A stretch of 64,000 bases of DNA from Octopus vulgaris (lineage: Eukaryota): NCBI GenBank assembly GCA_951406725.2, contig OX597833.1, positions 61,938,001 through 62,002,000 of the forward strand, given 5' to 3'. Under the pieces are notes generated by a model that saw only the letters and a program-made list of their open reading frames with translations, ran no database searches and had not been told where the DNA came from. Of this stretch, positions 61,325 to 64,000 are shown piece by piece. Positions within the stretch are counted from its first letter, which is position 1. Each line of letters starts with the position of its first letter. A program made the translations under genes and the position numbers.

Positions 61325-63389
61325 CTGTGTTAGCATGTATTGAGTACATTTTTGTTCTTGTTTGTACGTCCAATACATGTACCTCGGGCAGAGAGACGTG
61401 ATTTATTTAAAGCCCTCCTCTGCGTAATTTATATTTCAATGAATTTTCTCTGAGTATTATTTATTTTTATTATTATTATTATCAGCGTGACCGAGGCGGT
61501 GAGCTGGCAGAGTTCTTAGCACGTCGGACTAAATGCTCAGCAACATTTTGTCCGGCTTAGCGTTCTGAGTTCAAGTCCCATCAAGGTTGACTTTGCCCTT
61601 TCATTTTTTTTAGGGTCAGTAAAATAAATACCAGTGAAGTATTAGGGTTGATGCAATAATTGGTTTTCTCTCCTCTCAAAACTTGTCCCTGTGTCCCTTT
61701 TTTTTTTTTTTTTTTTTTTTTTTATTTATTAAGGGGCAGTGAACTAACAGAATTATTACTGTGCCTGGCAAAATGCTTGGCAGAATTTCCTTTCAGCTCA
61801 GCATTCTAAGTTCAAATTCCACCAAGTTCAACTTTGCCTTTCATCCATTCAGGGTCAGTAAAATAACTACCAATGAAGTACTGGGGTCAACATAATTGAT
61901 TTGCCCCTCCCCTCAAAAATTGTTTGCCCAAGTGACAAAATTTTTTTTAATAATTTGGTGCCCCAGCATGGCCGCGGCTTTCGGGCTAAAACATTTTTAA
62001 GGATTTAAGGAACCCTTTAGTGTTCAGATTATTCTACCAAACATAATGCTTGTTGATTCCCATTGATTTGAATTAATCATGCATTATCTCATATCTTCAA
62101 GATCTTGATGGTGTAATTACTTCATGTAGAATAACATTGTAGGGTAGGTGTGAGAGCCTGGATCTGGTCAGTTTGAACATAAAACAGATTAAATATCTTG
62201 GCCGGATATGGCCGGTTTAAATACTAAAGGGTTAAGGCAGTGAACTGACAGAATTCTTACTGTGCCAGAGAAAATGCTTCATGGCATTTCTTCAGCTCAA
62301 AGTTCAAATTCCACCAAGGTTGATTTTGTTTTACATCCTTTCGGGGGTCATTAGAATAAGTACCAGCTGAACTCTGACGTTGATGTAATCAACTAACCCT
62401 CCCCACTCAAAATATTTTAGGGCCTTTTGCCTTTTGTAGAAAGAATTATTTATTTTCATTATCATTATCAGCGCATTTGCTCGACTAAAAGGTGGTGCTC
62501 CAGCATGGCCACAGTCAAATGACTGAAACAAGTAAAAGAGTAAAGAGAGCATTGAGGATGGTTAGATTGGCAGAGTCGTTAAAGCATTGAGCAGAATACC
62601 TTGTGGTATTGGTTCCGGTTCATTACATTCATGCCTAGGTAAACTTTACTTTTCATCTGTCTGAAGCTCACAAAATATAGTACCAGTCATGTACTGGGAC
62701 CAGTGTAACTGAGCAACACCCCACACTTCTAGATGGTTAGCTTGGTCCCTAACTTGAAGTAATTAGCAATTTGAAGATGGGGAGCTGGTAGAATCATTAG
62801 CATGAGGCGCAGGAGTGGCTGTGTGGTAAGTAGCTTGCTTACCAACCACACCTTGGGCAAGTGTCTTCTACTATAGCCTCGGGCCGACCAAAGCCTTGTG
62901 AGTGGATTTGGTAGACGGAAACTGAAAAGAAGCCCGTCGTATATATGTATATATATATATATATATATGCATTTGTGTGTCTGTGTTTGTCCCCCCAACA
63001 TCACTTGACAACCAATGCTGGTGTATTTATGTCCCCTGTTACTTAGCGGTTCGGCAAAAGAGACCGATAGAATAAGTACTGGGCTTACAAAAGAATAAGT
63101 CCCGGGGTCGAGTTGCTCGATTAAAGGCGGTGCTCCAGCATGGCCGCAGTCAAATGATTGAAACAAGTAAAAGAGAGAGTATGTGGATGAAATGCTGCTA
63201 AGCATTTTTGTCTGACTCAATGATCTGAGTTCAAACTCTGCCGAGATCAACTTTACCTTTCATCCATTTCTAAGTACCAGTGGTGTACTGGTTTTGACAT
63301 AATCAACTTCTCCCTCTCCTCAAAAACTGCTGGCCCCGTGCCAAAATTTGAGACTATTATTATTATTATTATTACTATTATAGGATATT

Positions 63390-63915
63390 ATTTACCTTAG
63401 ATCATCAGGTGACCTGCTGCACTTGAGGAAACCTATTGAGTCAAGTACATCAGCATCAAAATAAAAATCAAATGGAAATTGTAGTTGTGATACCCATGCT
63501 GGTGGCACGTAAAAAGCACCATCCGAACGTGGCCGATGCCAGCCTCTTCTGGCCCCTGTGCCGGTGGCATGTAAAAAGCACCAGCCAAACATGGCCAATG
63601 CCAGCCTCCTCTGGCCCCTGTGCCGGTGGCATGTAAAAAGCACCATCCGAACGTGGCCGATGCCAGCCTCCTCTGGCCCCTGTGCCGGTGGCATGTAAAA
63701 AGCACCATCCGAACGTGGCCGATGCCAGCCTCCTCTGGCCCCTGTGCCAGTGGCATGTAAAAAGCACCATCCAAACGTGGCCAATGCCAGCCTCCTCTGG
63801 CCCCTGTGCCGGTGGCATGTAAAAACCACCCACTACACTCTTGCAGTGGTTGGCGTTAGGAAGGGCATCCAGCTGTAGAAACACTGCCAGATCAGACTGG
63901 AGCCTGGTGCAGTCT
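63390..63915 (+). repeat. SINE-like copy with an expanded 58-bp internal tandem array
   Basis: About 5 copies of gcaccatccgaacgtggccgatgccagcctcctctggcccctgtgccggtggcatgtaaaaa. Confidence 0.85.
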
Positions 63916-64000
63916 AGTAATCAACTGGACCCCTACATCAAAATTTCAGGCCTTATGCCTATAGTAAAAGGATTATTATTATTATTATTATTATTTTAAT

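Noticed and set aside
63392-63884. Regular 58-bp repeats as a CRISPR array or repeat protein
   Set aside because: No unique spacers, eukaryotic context, and the unit is an internal repeat of an abundant SINE-like family.

Overview
Eukaryotic, intron-rich, AT-rich, repeat-dense genomic DNA. The SINE and microsatellite content suggests a coleoid cephalopod, probably Octopus (inference). Two spliced genes lie head-to-head, with ATGs about 1.2 kb apart. (1) Integrator complex subunit 8 (INTS8) is on the minus strand. I traced 26 coding exons from 41811 down to 2613 with phase-consistent GT-AG junctions; the last exon is not in the window. (2) A complete 7-exon morgue-like gene is on the plus strand (43023-60674, 386 aa): C4 zinc finger, F-box and an E2/UBC domain whose catalytic Cys is replaced by Gly. 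Introns hold tRNA-derived SINEs, RTE and CR1 LINE fragments, TA- and TTAA-type MITEs, a non-autonomous Helitron, fold-back elements and simple repeats. The most unusual non-coding signal is about 1.6 tandem copies of a 360-bp unit (17850-18417) carrying a type I hammerhead-ribozyme-like motif, a retrozyme- or Penelope-like arrangement. Most ORFs in the supplied track are repeat or microsatellite artefacts. All coordinates were read by eye; repeat boundaries are approximate and only representative SINE copies are listed.
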